This document shows, piece after piece, positions 29,224 through 37,699 of a DNA stretch of 50,390 nt (positions within the stretch are counted from its first letter, which is position 1; every line of letters begins with the position of its first letter). The position numbers were made by a program, and so were the translations under genes. The notes under the pieces were generated by a model. The model was not told the origin of the DNA. It made no database searches and saw only the letters and a program-made list of their open reading frames with translations. The stretch is from a virus (Duplodnaviria; Caudoviricetes): the IMG/VR virus record IMGVR_UViG_3300025296_000020, positions 1 to 50,390 of that record. One strand, written 5' to 3'.

Positions 29224-32200
29224 TGGTTGAACAAGTTCAAACTGCGTGGCCTGGAATTGTGGTGGAGTCGAAGCCGACCGATATTCCGGGATATTTCAAG
29301 CATACTTTTAGTCGGCTGCCGGGTAAAGACGAGCTAGATCCACATGAAACGAGCATAGAGACCGACGATACTCCGGATGACCTAAAAAAGATGTGGGTCA
29401 ATTTTGATAATGATGAAAAGTCGGATTTTTATACGAGGCATATTTTTGAGCAATTTGTCAGTGAAGACAAAAGACATTTTATACAACGGGTGATAGAACC
29501 GAACATCCGCGCTATCCCCGCTAACATTGCCGGTATCGTTCCTGACCTTATAAGTTTAGCTCTTATGGTTCCTTTACCTAAAGAACTTATTCAAAGGCAT
29601 TATGAAGAAGCTGGAGATCCTGTTCCCTGGCCGTGGCTTAGTTCTGCTGAAATGAAAAAAGAGAGGGAAGAAAAAAGTGCCGCTTTTGCCGAGTATGGAA
29701 CCGTCGCCCAAAGAAAACGGCTTCAACGGTTCATACGAATAGCGGATAAGCATCTAGAAGAACAGGATAAGCCTCCCTGGTTTTCAATTATATTTGGTGG
29801 CACCGATATCACTCCGGACCCCGAGGGTTATGTGGAGAAGGTGGTTTCGTCCGGAATGGAATTTGGCCTAAGTGGGGCGGCAGAAATGAAAGCGTTTTCG
29901 GAACTGGCTGGAGGAACCAGTGCGCTTGTACGTTTGATTAAAAATGTCGCGACACCAGGACGTTCTATCAAAGATCCCGTTCAGGTAAAAAATATACTGG
30001 ATAAATGGCGTGACTTCTATTCTTCCAAAACGCCGGAAGGTACTAAACGGATGAGGGAAGAGCTTGGAGCAGGATTTACAGCAGCAGGAGCATACGAAAC
30101 TATTAAACCTATACTGGAAGAAGTCGGTCCTGAAAGTCCCTTACTTCAAGAAATGTTTGCCATGGCAGGTGCTATTGCAGCACCGGGGCTTGTACGTTTT
30201 GGAAAAAATACCGCATTAAAATCTTGGGGCGCTATCCCTACTCCGTCAAGGGCGCTTAGGCGAGGAATTATTGAACCTATGTTTAAGCCGACAGCTACAG
30301 CTGCTCGCTTTCAGGCGACGATGGGCGCTGGTGCGTTGGCCGGGTCCTCATCCAAAACTACACAAGAGCGTTATGCAAGCACGATGCAGATTCTAGAGAA
30401 GGCTGTCGAAGAAAGGAGACATCTTGATGAAGCTTCCGGGTTGGCTTTTACAACTCCGGAACTGTCTAGAACAGAAGCAGCGCGGCTTGCAGCGGCAAGC
30501 AGGGATTTAAAGGCGCGGCTATCGGAGCTTGATCCAACTGCTAGAGAAGCCTCTCAAGTGGAGATTAATAAATTAGACGATCAAATTTTAGATCTTCGTC
30601 AATTTGCCAATTTCCAGGATGCCATAATACGTTCTGCTTACGAGCGCCCTGATTCGTCACGCTTCTGGGCCGATCAAACTCAAAAACTTCTGGAGCGCCG
30701 CGATCAGATTTTTGACGTGTTTGAACGCCAATTTAAACGTCCGGTTGAAGCCGAAGGTTTTCAACATATAGACCTTGAAAACATTGATTATGGAGGAATA
30801 CGGGGCGGCTCTGCTGACGAACTCAAGATTGACTATGACAAAGTAATTGATTCAGGAGACACACCGCAATTTTACGAAACCCGTCGCCGCTTGGTTATGG
30901 AGGCCAACCTACAAGGCCGTGCCCCCAGCGAATTGAAGTTTTTAAGTGAAGAGGCAAAAACCAAAGTAGCGGATGCGTTTGAAGATACTAACCGTACAAT
31001 GGACGACGCTCTATTAGCCGCGCAGGAGGCCGCCCAAGAACGTTTAAATATGTGGCACGACGGCATTAAAACTATGCTGGAGAAACGCGGTTTAAGCAGC
31101 GTTGATGATCTTCCTTCGGATGAACGACGTTTTGTCGGAAAACTAATCCGCGACACGTATGCAGATGCTCAAAGAGAATTTAGTCTTTTTGAAAAGGCTG
31201 CGTGGAAACGTATAAAAGGCTTAGACACAAAAGTAGAAGATAACATCGTCTTTCCTCAAGGGGCCGTTGATCATAAAGGAGCCGACATTAGCGGTCTTAC
31301 ACCGGAAGAGTTTGCCGTTGGATGGGTAGAAGCTCTTTCACCACAAACAAAATTTAAACTTGGAGATCTCCCTGTCCAACTTGCTCACTTGATGGGTGAA
31401 GGAACCCTTGCGAAGGCGATGCGTAAAGGAGATCCCGAAGCTGAAGCACGGGATCTCCAACTAAAAGACATACAAAAACAAATAAAGGCTATAAGTAAAG
31501 ACTACGCAAAGCAAAAAAGAACGGATGAGGTAGCTGTCACTACTGCCGAAGCCAGACCGACCCCTGTTGCCAAGCTTGGTCCTACTCTTCTTGAATTCAT
31601 TTCCGAACGCGGCGGTATTCGTTCTACCGGTGAGTTGAGAGACTTGGATTTAGGTGAGTGGCATAAGGGTAAGCCGGGTAAAAAGAAACTTTTAATAGAG
31701 GAAACTGATGTTGGTCCTGCGCTCCTGCCTGGAGAACCTGCAAAACCAAAAGCAGGTTCATGGGAAGAGATGTTTGAAGCAGCCCATGACGACGGTTATT
31801 TCCCTGAGTTAGCGGGTAAAGACATCCGACAAATAGATGGAGAGGCATACCTTCTTGAGAAAATTTCCAGTGAAGCGAAAGGAGACCCTGTACGCACGTT
31901 AGAAGATCAAGAAATTATCAGGGCGATGGAAGGCGATGCTGATTTCACACAGAATGTATGGAACCGCGCCGAGGACCTTGATATTACTGTATTTACACCG
32001 GCTGGTAAAAAACGCCCCCTCAATCGTATTCTTCAAGATGTAAAGGACGCCGAAGCAGGGCGTGGGGTGACGCTTGAGGAAGCCTTTGACTTTACAGAAG
32101 CCCCTCTTTCTGAGGCGGCTATTAGTCTTAGAAAGCAAGAAAATGCATTAAGGGCGGAACTTGGTCAAATGCGAGCAGCCTTAGAGGCCGGTATCCCTAT

Positions 32201-34289
32201 GTCGCCCGAAGATCTAGCAGAATTTCTTCCTGGCTTATCAAATAAAGGACGATTGGCTTCTAGGGATTTTTCAGGGGAGCTTATTGAAGGCATATCCGCC
32301 CAAGATGTGACGGATGTGATTTCGGACATTGCTGAACGATTAAGAGTGGAACAAGGTAAAAAGGTTCCTAATAAGCGGTTGATGGCAAATTTAACCGGTC
32401 TGCGCTCCACCCTGGAGCAACTATTAGACCCCCGTGTATTTAGTACTCTTGATCCTGCGGACCTTAGACTTGCCAAGGAGGCAAGTACGATAAGTCGGAG
32501 GGCAGAATCGGCACGGGGCGATGTCCTACGTAAAAAAGGCGCAGAACCTGTAATTGCAGAGGAAATGGTTCCAGAGAAGGTATTAGAAAGGGTAGATAGA
32601 GGAGGAAGACAAGCCGCTCAGATAAGAGCCATAGACACGGCTACTCAACAATTCAGCAATGATTTAATTAGCATAGAATATGTAAAGGATGCTGACACCG
32701 GGATGCCTGTATTAAACGATTTCGGCCAACCGGTACAAAGAGCCGTATTTAATGAAGACGCCCTTATCGGAGGGGAGTCGTTGTTTGAGTTAGAAGGCGT
32801 TCCCTTTACCAAGCAAAAAATTGGTGATTGGGAAACGGGAGCCTCTGAGAAAGACTTCACGGTAGTGGTTGATAAAGAATATGCGCCTACGCCACAGGCC
32901 TTGGAGGTTGTTGAAAGTATATTGTTGAATGAATTAGGTACGTGGCTTCCTAAAGGCTTGGAAATTAATACTAAAAACGTACAAAAATTCAAATCTCAAT
33001 ATCAAAACGCTTTAACGTGGTTAGACCAGAATGGTCGTAGTGATCTTATTGACATGATGACGGACACAGAAAATTTAACCGCTGCAATGGATGTGTATAA
33101 CCGCTCCCTTAATAATCAGACTTTGCGTCAATTTAAAATTTTAGAAGAAAAAGGTTTGTTGCATGAGGGGGTTAATGCCCAGGACATGGTGGACTATTTC
33201 ACCACTACTCGTAAACGAATAGCTGGTGACAAGGCACTTCAGAGTGTTTTCGGGGCTGATCCCGGATACGCTACAACAAGCTTAGTGGACCGAGTCCTAA
33301 AATCCAATCATCCAGACACAGAGATAGAAAATTTCCTGTCCGTTATAAGAGATAATGAAACAGCCACGGACGGGTTTAAAGCGGCATTAATAAGTGATCT
33401 TTGGGCGCGAGCTACAAGCAGCCCAGATCCTGTAGCCAAGCAGACAGGGGAACTTTTAGGAACGAATATTTTTGATCCTACTAAATTCAGAGAGCTTATA
33501 AGTGATCCCAACATTCGTAAGTTGCTTCAAAAAACGTTCCCGAATAATCCTGCGTTATTGCCGGGGCTAACTAAACTGGCATCAACGGCCACGGAAGTGG
33601 GACCATATGGTAGGATAACGCCCGAATCCCAACTTGCCGTTATTCCCACCGATTTTGTCAGTCAGGAATTGTGGTCTAACCTTGGCCGCGTTTCAATGTT
33701 AACGCTTGCAGCAAAAACAAAGATATTAAATGCTTTGTGGGCAGCGGGCCTTGGTGGAAGGCTCGGTAAACGTCTGGGTCAAAGTTTAACCTTGCATGAA
33801 ATTACCGATTTAGTCGTTGAAGCCGCACTCAATCCTCAAGAGGCTGTCAAGTTAGGTAAAATCAACAGCCCGGAAGTCTTCTCGGATCTTTATAAGCGTC
33901 TCATTCTCCCACGGGGGACTACGTTGGAAGTTCTTACGGAACCAGCAGAAGACCTACACAGAGAAGAAGATCCTGAGTTGGAACTACGCGGATTTCCTTA
34001 TGGGTGGTATCCACAACGCCCAGGGACCTGGGACCCCGGCGCTATTCTCCCCACAACCAGCGGTCTGCAACCACCTGCCGGGGCACCGGCTCCTCCCAGA
34101 CAATATGCCTCTTTAACAGAAGGGTCTCCTCCCGCCTTCTCCGCTTTAGAATCTTCGACATTAGGTCAGGTGAGTCCCATTAAAATGGCAGGGCGCGAAG
34201 TTTTCGGCCCCAACGATCCTGTTTTCGGTGCCCACGGGGGTTCCGTATCAGCTTGTCCCCCTAAAAAACCACGACAAATGGTTTCTTAA
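29223..34289 (+). CDS. Very large putative ejection/internal virion protein
   Basis: 1688-aa largely helical ORF at the end of the virion module; C-terminal FGPNDPVFGAHGGSV...KKPRQMVS. Confidence 0.65.
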   Translation: MVEQVQTAWPGIVVESKPTDIPGYFKHTFSRLPGKDELDPHETSIETDDTPDDLKKMWVNFDNDEKSDFYTRHIFEQFVSEDKRHFIQRVIEPNIRAIPANIAGIVPDLISLALMVPLPKELIQRHYEEAGDPVPWPWLSSAEMKKEREEKSAAFAEYGTVAQRKRLQRFIRIADKHLEEQDKPPWFSIIFGGTDITPDPEGYVEKVVSSGMEFGLSGAAEMKAFSELAGGTSALVRLIKNVATPGRSIKDPVQVKNILDKWRDFYSSKTPEGTKRMREELGAGFTAAGAYETIKPILEEVGPESPLLQEMFAMAGAIAAPGLVRFGKNTALKSWGAIPTPSRALRRGIIEPMFKPTATAARFQATMGAGALAGSSSKTTQERYASTMQILEKAVEERRHLDEASGLAFTTPELSRTEAARLAAASRDLKARLSELDPTAREASQVEINKLDDQILDLRQFANFQDAIIRSAYERPDSSRFWADQTQKLLERRDQIFDVFERQFKRPVEAEGFQHIDLENIDYGGIRGGSADELKIDYDKVIDSGDTPQFYETRRRLVMEANLQGRAPSELKFLSEEAKTKVADAFEDTNRTMDDALLAAQEAAQERLNMWHDGIKTMLEKRGLSSVDDLPSDERRFVGKLIRDTYADAQREFSLFEKAAWKRIKGLDTKVEDNIVFPQGAVDHKGADISGLTPEEFAVGWVEALSPQTKFKLGDLPVQLAHLMGEGTLAKAMRKGDPEAEARDLQLKDIQKQIKAISKDYAKQKRTDEVAVTTAEARPTPVAKLGPTLLEFISERGGIRSTGELRDLDLGEWHKGKPGKKKLLIEETDVGPALLPGEPAKPKAGSWEEMFEAAHDDGYFPELAGKDIRQIDGEAYLLEKISSEAKGDPVRTLEDQEIIRAMEGDADFTQNVWNRAEDLDITVFTPAGKKRPLNRILQDVKDAEAGRGVTLEEAFDFTEAPLSEAAISLRKQENALRAELGQMRAALEAGIPMSPEDLAEFLPGLSNKGRLASRDFSGELIEGISAQDVTDVISDIAERLRVEQGKKVPNKRLMANLTGLRSTLEQLLDPRVFSTLDPADLRLAKEASTISRRAESARGDVLRKKGAEPVIAEEMVPEKVLERVDRGGRQAAQIRAIDTATQQFSNDLISIEYVKDADTGMPVLNDFGQPVQRAVFNEDALIGGESLFELEGVPFTKQKIGDWETGASEKDFTVVVDKEYAPTPQALEVVESILLNELGTWLPKGLEINTKNVQKFKSQYQNALTWLDQNGRSDLIDMMTDTENLTAAMDVYNRSLNNQTLRQFKILEEKGLLHEGVNAQDMVDYFTTTRKRIAGDKALQSVFGADPGYATTSLVDRVLKSNHPDTEIENFLSVIRDNETATDGFKAALISDLWARATSSPDPVAKQTGELLGTNIFDPTKFRELISDPNIRKLLQKTFPNNPALLPGLTKLASTATEVGPYGRITPESQLAVIPTDFVSQELWSNLGRVSMLTLAAKTKILNALWAAGLGGRLGKRLGQSLTLHEITDLVVEAALNPQEAVKLGKINSPEVFSDLYKRLILPRGTTLEVLTEPAEDLHREEDPELELRGFPYGWYPQRPGTWDPGAILPTTSGLQPPAGAPAPPRQYASLTEGSPPAFSALESSTLGQVSPIKMAGREVFGPNDPVFGAHGGSVSACPPKKPRQMVS

Positions 34290-34294
34290 ATCCG

Positions 34295-35161
34295 ATGCCT
34301 CCTCCGGTATCCGCGTCAGTATTAAATGAGGTAAGTCCCTTAGACATTTTTTTAAGGGATTTTCCTAATATAGAGCGACATGGAGCTTCCCCTATTCAGG
34401 AGCAAGCAAGTGAAGTGATTATGAGAGAGGGGGAAACGTATCCTTTGATAGAATTCCAAAATATAGATAACCCGGTAAATCTACCCATAGTGGAAACTGA
34501 TATAGAACGTAGATGGAAACAGAATGGAAAGACTGTGGTATCGGACGGAACATTCTTTCGTAAAGGAATTACTGAAGAAAGTAATCCTATGCTAATGAGT
34601 AGATTAAAAGGGACCCCACAGGAACATTTTACAAAAGGGCCTTTTATCAATATCGTAGACCCCCTTCTTGCTGGTGTTACGGATAAAGACGAACAAAATT
34701 CACTTATTCTGCATGAGTTTCTGCATAAAACAATTCAAGAAATGGCAAAAGTCCATGGTCCGTTTATTCCTCCGGTAACTGTAGACACCCTTCGTGACGG
34801 TCGTAAAGGTACGTCTTCACTTAATGAAGAGGACTACGTTAGATTATTTGAAACGATTTTTAGTAGAGGAAATAAAAACGTCCAAAAAGATACTTCTGAT
34901 TATTTTGTTAGACGTGGGTTCGTACAGGATCAAGACGAACTCCTTACTAATCCTGCTATCTTAAAAAATATGTCCATGATTAAGAATCTGGCAGGAAGGT
35001 TAAATGTTAAACGACATAGAAGGCCCCCACCACAGACCCCAACCATTGGACTTATAAATGATCCAACGGGTAAATGGACGAAATCTAATAAATTAGAAAA
35101 TGTATTTGGCTCAATAAAAAAATATTTCAACGACTTAGGTCGTGATCTGAGAGAGCGATAA
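34295..35161 (+). CDS. Hypothetical protein with HExxH (zincin-like) motif
   Basis: 288 aa; LILHEFLHKTI with downstream NEEDYV; AT-rich. Confidence 0.5.
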   Translation: MPPPVSASVLNEVSPLDIFLRDFPNIERHGASPIQEQASEVIMREGETYPLIEFQNIDNPVNLPIVETDIERRWKQNGKTVVSDGTFFRKGITEESNPMLMSRLKGTPQEHFTKGPFINIVDPLLAGVTDKDEQNSLILHEFLHKTIQEMAKVHGPFIPPVTVDTLRDGRKGTSSLNEEDYVRLFETIFSRGNKNVQKDTSDYFVRRGFVQDQDELLTNPAILKNMSMIKNLAGRLNVKRHRRPPPQTPTIGLINDPTGKWTKSNKLENVFGSIKKYFNDLGRDLRER

Positions 35162-35611
35162 GTGAGGCTCTCTCCTCATTTTACATTGGCTGAACTGACG
35201 AAGTCCCAAACGGCGATTCGTCGTCGCATTCGTAATGAGCCGCATCCGCGCCAGATCGAAAACCTGAAAAAAGTGTGTGAGCATATTTTGGAACCGGTCA
35301 GGGTGGAATACGACATCCCCTTCAGTCCTTCCAGCGGTTTCCGGTCTTTGGACCTTAACCGGGAGTTAGGGTCCTCCGACACCTCTCAGCATATTCAGGG
35401 AAAAGCCGTGGACTTTGAGCTTCCCGGCATAGCCAATCCGGCAGTAGCTCGCTGGGTACTGAACAACTGCGAATTCGATCAGCTGATACTGGAATTTTTT
35501 ATCAAAGACGAACCCAACTCAGGTTGGATTCATGCCAGCTTCGATCACCTGGACACCAACCGCAAGGTAGCTAAACGCTTCGACGGTAAGATCTGGGAGC
35601 CGTTTAAGTAG
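35162..35611 (+). CDS. Peptidase M15A (D-Ala-D-Ala carboxypeptidase family) endolysin
   Basis: LSPHFTLAELTKS, SSGFRS, SQHIQGKAVD, DQLILEF, SGWIHASF zinc-ligand motifs. Confidence 0.9.
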   Translation: MRLSPHFTLAELTKSQTAIRRRIRNEPHPRQIENLKKVCEHILEPVRVEYDIPFSPSSGFRSLDLNRELGSSDTSQHIQGKAVDFELPGIANPAVARWVLNNCEFDQLILEFFIKDEPNSGWIHASFDHLDTNRKVAKRFDGKIWEPFK

Positions 35612-35830
35612 CTACTTCTTGAGCTTCCACAAGATGTACGGTTCCCCGCACGGTTCCTCGCTGTCCACGTCGATGCACTGAAACACAATGGACTCTGCAT
35701 CAGCGTCCGGTTTCTGGTGGCCCACGTATTCCCACGTGGCTCCATCGTGACGCTCGCTTCTGACTTGCTCAAAGAAAGTGAAATGCTGTTCGTAAAACAG
35801 TAACGATATCAACCCTATAACTATGGACAT
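35612..35830 (-). CDS. 72-aa hypothetical protein with short hydrophobic N-terminus (MSIVIGLISLLF...)
   Basis: Start placed at ATG 35830 after AAGGA; the longer 108-aa call merely reads through the repeat array. Confidence 0.55.
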   Translation of the reverse strand: MSIVIGLISLLFYEQHFTFFEQVRSERHDGATWEYVGHQKPDADAESIVFQCIDVDSEEPCGEPYILWKLKK

Positions 35831-35834
35831 GTTT

Positions 35835-36421
35835 TTTCCTTTCCAGTCCTTGTCTTTCCAGTCCCTATCAGACCGCGCCAAATCATAACCGTGTCTGCCA
35901 TGCCGCGCCAAATCAAACCCTGCCCGATCTCGCCTCATCTTTCCCCATCGCGCCGGTACACGCCTGTCATACCTGACCTTGCCGCGCCGTATCGGAACCT
36001 AACCCGACCTTGCCGCACCATATCCTGCCTTATCTGCGTTGTCTTGCCGCGCCGTGCCCACCCCATCGCGCCGGTACACGCCTGTCATACCTGATCTTGC
36101 CATGCCGCTCCGAATCGCGCCATATCTCACCATACCGGCGTTGCGTTGCAGCGCCAACCCATATCACACCTTACCGCACCTCGTCATACCTGCGTTGTCA
36201 GTCCGCACCAGTCCAAACCAGATCAAACCCGGCCCCATCAAACCGCATCCCGCCTAACCTGCCGTGCCGAGCCATATCAGACCCTACCGCTCCGAACCGC
36301 TCCCGACCTAACCATACCGCTCCCGACCGCACCTTGTCTGCCGTGCCGCTCCAAATCACATCAAACCCAACCGGACCCGTCCCGACCTCATCAAACCGCA
36401 CCCAACCGTGTCTGCCTTGCC
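35835..36421 (-). ncRNA. Period-5 (GGY/GAY/GGA)-NN repeat array; putative guide-RNA array (VIPR-like)
   Basis: Minus strand reads GGC AA GGC A GAC AC GGT TG GGT GC GGT TT GAT GA GGT CG GGA CG GGT CC...; roughly 115-120 pentamers; begins 1 nt after the upstream stop codon; ~9 segments delimited by single-nt spacers. Confidence 0.85.
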
Positions 36422-36422
36422 A

Positions 36423-36926
36423 CTACTCCGCTGCTTGTAGGACAGCGGGAGGAGATTCCAGAATAGAGATGATTCGGTCAAGAGGTTGTGTAGTCAGCCC
36501 TGCCGAAGATAGAGCAACTGAGTATCTTTCTATCCATGCTTTCAAATCGACAACACTTTGGCGGCGTAGTTCCTCAAGATGATCCGGATCGTCAGGATCG
36601 AACATGTAGTAGCCAGTCCCCTCTTGTCTCGTTGATGAGGGAGAGAGAAGAAGGGGAACCTCTCTTTCCTGCACTTTAATTTTTCCTGTGCGAGAAATAT
36701 GCTCTACCTCAAAAACCAACTTGAGTCCTTGGACGAACATCCGCGCTTCCCATGTTCTTTGTTGGTTAGCAGCTTTAGTATCGTCCCACGTAAAATATCC
36801 GTAAGCGGGGTGGTCAGGCCCCACGGACCTGACCTCCTCTACAAACGTTCCAGGACTATAAATCCCGTTATGATTAAGACAGAATTCTTTAACGATTTCC
36901 TGTCGTTTTTGGCGCGTCATTTTCAT
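36423..36926 (-). CDS. Accessory protein of the RAMP/array locus
   Basis: 167 aa, PDHPAYGYFTWDDTKAANQQRTWEARMFV; ATGA-coupled to the RAMP-like gene and abutting the array. Confidence 0.75.
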   Translation of the reverse strand: MKMTRQKRQEIVKEFCLNHNGIYSPGTFVEEVRSVGPDHPAYGYFTWDDTKAANQQRTWEARMFVQGLKLVFEVEHISRTGKIKVQEREVPLLLSPSSTRQEGTGYYMFDPDDPDHLEELRRQSVVDLKAWIERYSVALSSAGLTTQPLDRIISILESPPAVLQAAE

Positions 36927-37684
36927 GCGGCTTCCCTCCGTTCAACTTCCGAATTGAAGAAGTCCATTAGGTCTTCCGTATCACTGTCAGCGCACACCGG
37001 AAGCTTTAACGCTTTTTCCTGCGCTTTTCTCCCGTGATGCTTAACCAGTTCATCCCACTCGTCGTCTTGATCGTCAGCTGAAATGACGCGGAAGGAACCA
37101 AAGTTGCCTTTTCCCTTTTCCTGACGATAATCGCCTAATCCTATCAGTACCCCTGCATTGCAAAGGATGTTGAAAAGAGAAGTAAGATTAAGCTGGGGAA
37201 CGATGTAACGCATCTCAATTTCCGCCCCCCATTTAGGTATAAACGGGCGTGTCCGAATGTCAGGAGTTTTGTTAATGCCACCCTGGCGCACGATATCCAT
37301 TTTGAGATATGGAGTACCGTATAGAGGTGTCATATCTCCCGGCATGAACAAGAGGCGTTGAATTTCGGTTTTAAAAACACCCGCCGTTTCAAGAGCAGCA
37401 GTCGCCATAGCTGCCTTTACAGCGATGACCTTGAGACCCAAAGCTGTAGGACCGTCAAGAACCACTTCAGCTGCATCCCGATATTCCTGAAGAGGATCAT
37501 GTTTAATGTAGGCTTTATCCAGTTTGGATTTGCCTTTCCCGCTACCAACCAAAAATTCCTGTTTGGCCTTGGCGCTCATCCGGTTCTGATACATTGGAGT
37601 TGTTCCAATTAACCGAAGGTTACAAGCCTTTTGCGTAAGCTTGCTGACATTGATCGTCACACTTTCTTTTTTAGCTGTTGCCAT
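36923..37684 (-). CDS. Stand-alone RAMP/Cas7-like RNA-binding protein (Vipr-like)
   Basis: N-terminal strand LRLIGTTP, LGLKVIAVKAAM helix (cf. IPGSSLKGALR of Cas7-group RAMPs), thumb-like VRQGGINKTPDIRTRP, C-terminal G-loop GLGDYRQEKGKGNFGSFRV. Confidence 0.75.
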   Translation of the reverse strand: MATAKKESVTINVSKLTQKACNLRLIGTTPMYQNRMSAKAKQEFLVGSGKGKSKLDKAYIKHDPLQEYRDAAEVVLDGPTALGLKVIAVKAAMATAALETAGVFKTEIQRLLFMPGDMTPLYGTPYLKMDIVRQGGINKTPDIRTRPFIPKWGAEIEMRYIVPQLNLTSLFNILCNAGVLIGLGDYRQEKGKGNFGSFRVISADDQDDEWDELVKHHGRKAQEKALKLPVCADSDTEDLMDFFNSEVERREAA

Positions 37685-37699
37685 TTTCCTTAGTCCTTT

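Noticed and set aside
35606-35617. Perfect 12-bp palindrome AAGTAGCTACTT
   Set aside because: Explained by two convergent genes both ending Lys-stop (AAG TAG) and abutting; no independent evidence of function
35835-36421. Interpretation as a conventional CRISPR array or a simple microsatellite
   Set aside because: No 25-45-nt identical repeats with unique spacers and no cas1/cas2; variation is confined to fixed NN positions, unlike slippage repeats
35891-36582. Several overlapping ORF-track calls on both strands (67-190 aa) across the array
   Set aside because: Low-complexity Pro/Arg/Gly translations are a by-product of the stop-poor period-5 repeat; a period of 5 is not codon-compatible
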